A program made the translations under genes and the position numbers. A stretch of DNA of 64,000 nucleotides, taken from positions 19,902,001 to 19,966,000 of the forward strand of contig OZ296653.1 in assembly GCA_965655095.1 (NCBI GenBank), read 5' to 3'. Each line of letters begins with the position of its first letter. Position 1 is the stretch's first letter. This DNA is from Haplodiscus bocki. Taxonomy: Eukaryota. Positions 63,371 to 64,000 of the stretch are shown here, one piece after another. The notes under the pieces are model-generated. The model did no database searches. It was not told the DNA's origin and saw only the letters and a program-made list of their open reading frames with translations.

Positions 63371-64000
63371 GCGCTTCTTACAATTTGTTTTCGACGTCTA
63401 TTTCAAGGTCAGTATTCAATCCACAAGCTCCTCTTTTGCAGGTATTGGAACCCGAACCAAGGCCCACAACAGTAGAAGACGAGAATAGAGATCCAGTAGA
63501 CGAAAATACGAAAAAGGAGGAGCACCTTCATCCGATGGTTCATTTCTCCACTACGGTTCTTTCGCCTGTTTGATTAGGATAATATGAGCGTTATCCTGAC
63601 AGCCTTTTTATTAATTTATTAATTTCATTTTTTTATAAATTCTTTTTTAGAATTCAGACGACCAACTACTTCCTTTGCTGGAAGACGACGAACTGAACGC
63701 GCTGGTCAACGGAATTGACTGGGACCAACCCTTATCTCCACTTGATTTAAATTTGCCAACGGACCCAGAAATTATTACCCTTCTTTCTTCTTCTTCTCCT
63801 CTCGCTCCAGTTGGTTTACCGAATCAGCCACCTAAACCGTTGGTCAACAAATTCCTCCAATCCCTAACAAATACCCCGATCCACTTTACAGATCACCCTA
63901 CGACCTCTCACCAAGAGTCTCGAGTCAATATTCTATTGCCTTCATTGCGTAGTTTCAAAGCCTATTCTAATAAAACCCAATCGGATGAATCACATTCTAA

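Larger units (their letters stand above)
46171..64000 (+). mobile_element. Decayed env-bearing Ty3/gypsy LTR retroelement (endogenous-retrovirus-like), >17.8 kb, 3' end outside window
   Basis: LTR and PBS, gag with zinc knuckle, pol in PR-RT-RH-IN order with a GPF motif, glycoprotein ORF, accessory ORFs; many stops and frameshifts. Confidence 0.93.
59425..64000 (+). repeat. Head-to-tail tandem array, ~1.26-kb unit, starts at 59425, 60686, 61944 and 63207 (last copy cut by window end)
   Basis: Periods 1261, 1258 and 1263 bp. Unit = env TM/cytoplasmic tail + ORF-X + start of ORF-Y. Confidence 0.97.

Noticed and set aside
59425-64000. The 1.26-kb repeats as LTRs
   Set aside because: The units are head-to-tail, start inside env coding sequence, lack TG...CA ends and do not match 46171-46541.

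Overview
AT-rich eukaryotic (animal-like, spliceosomal introns) genomic window. Left part (4834-37876, +): a complete 18-exon CFAP221/PCDP1 ciliary central-pair gene. I assembled it by hand; all introns are GT-AG and in phase, giving 2745 nt and 914 aa. A divergent two-exon SKP1-like gene is nested antisense inside its intron 10. The introns and flanks are full of decayed repeats: Helitron-like elements with tRNA-like heads and internal satellites, TIR elements, and LINE and MULE remnants. Right part (46171 to window end, +): a decayed but unusually complex Ty3/gypsy LTR retroelement with a retrovirus-like layout, 3' end not visible. In order it has an LTR and PBS; three ATGA-coupled small hydrophobic ORFs; three tandem paralogous ~115-aa ORFs; gag with a UUUAAAC -1 slippery site; pol (protease, dUTPase-like linker, TARG1/OARD1-type macrodomain, RT, RNase H, integrase); an antisense ORF and further small sense ORFs; a chuvirus-like glycoprotein env; and a ~1.26-kb unit (env tail + ORF-X + PAM2-motif ORF-Y) amplified in tandem at least 3.6 times. 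Family assignments come from motif recognition by eye, not from database searches.
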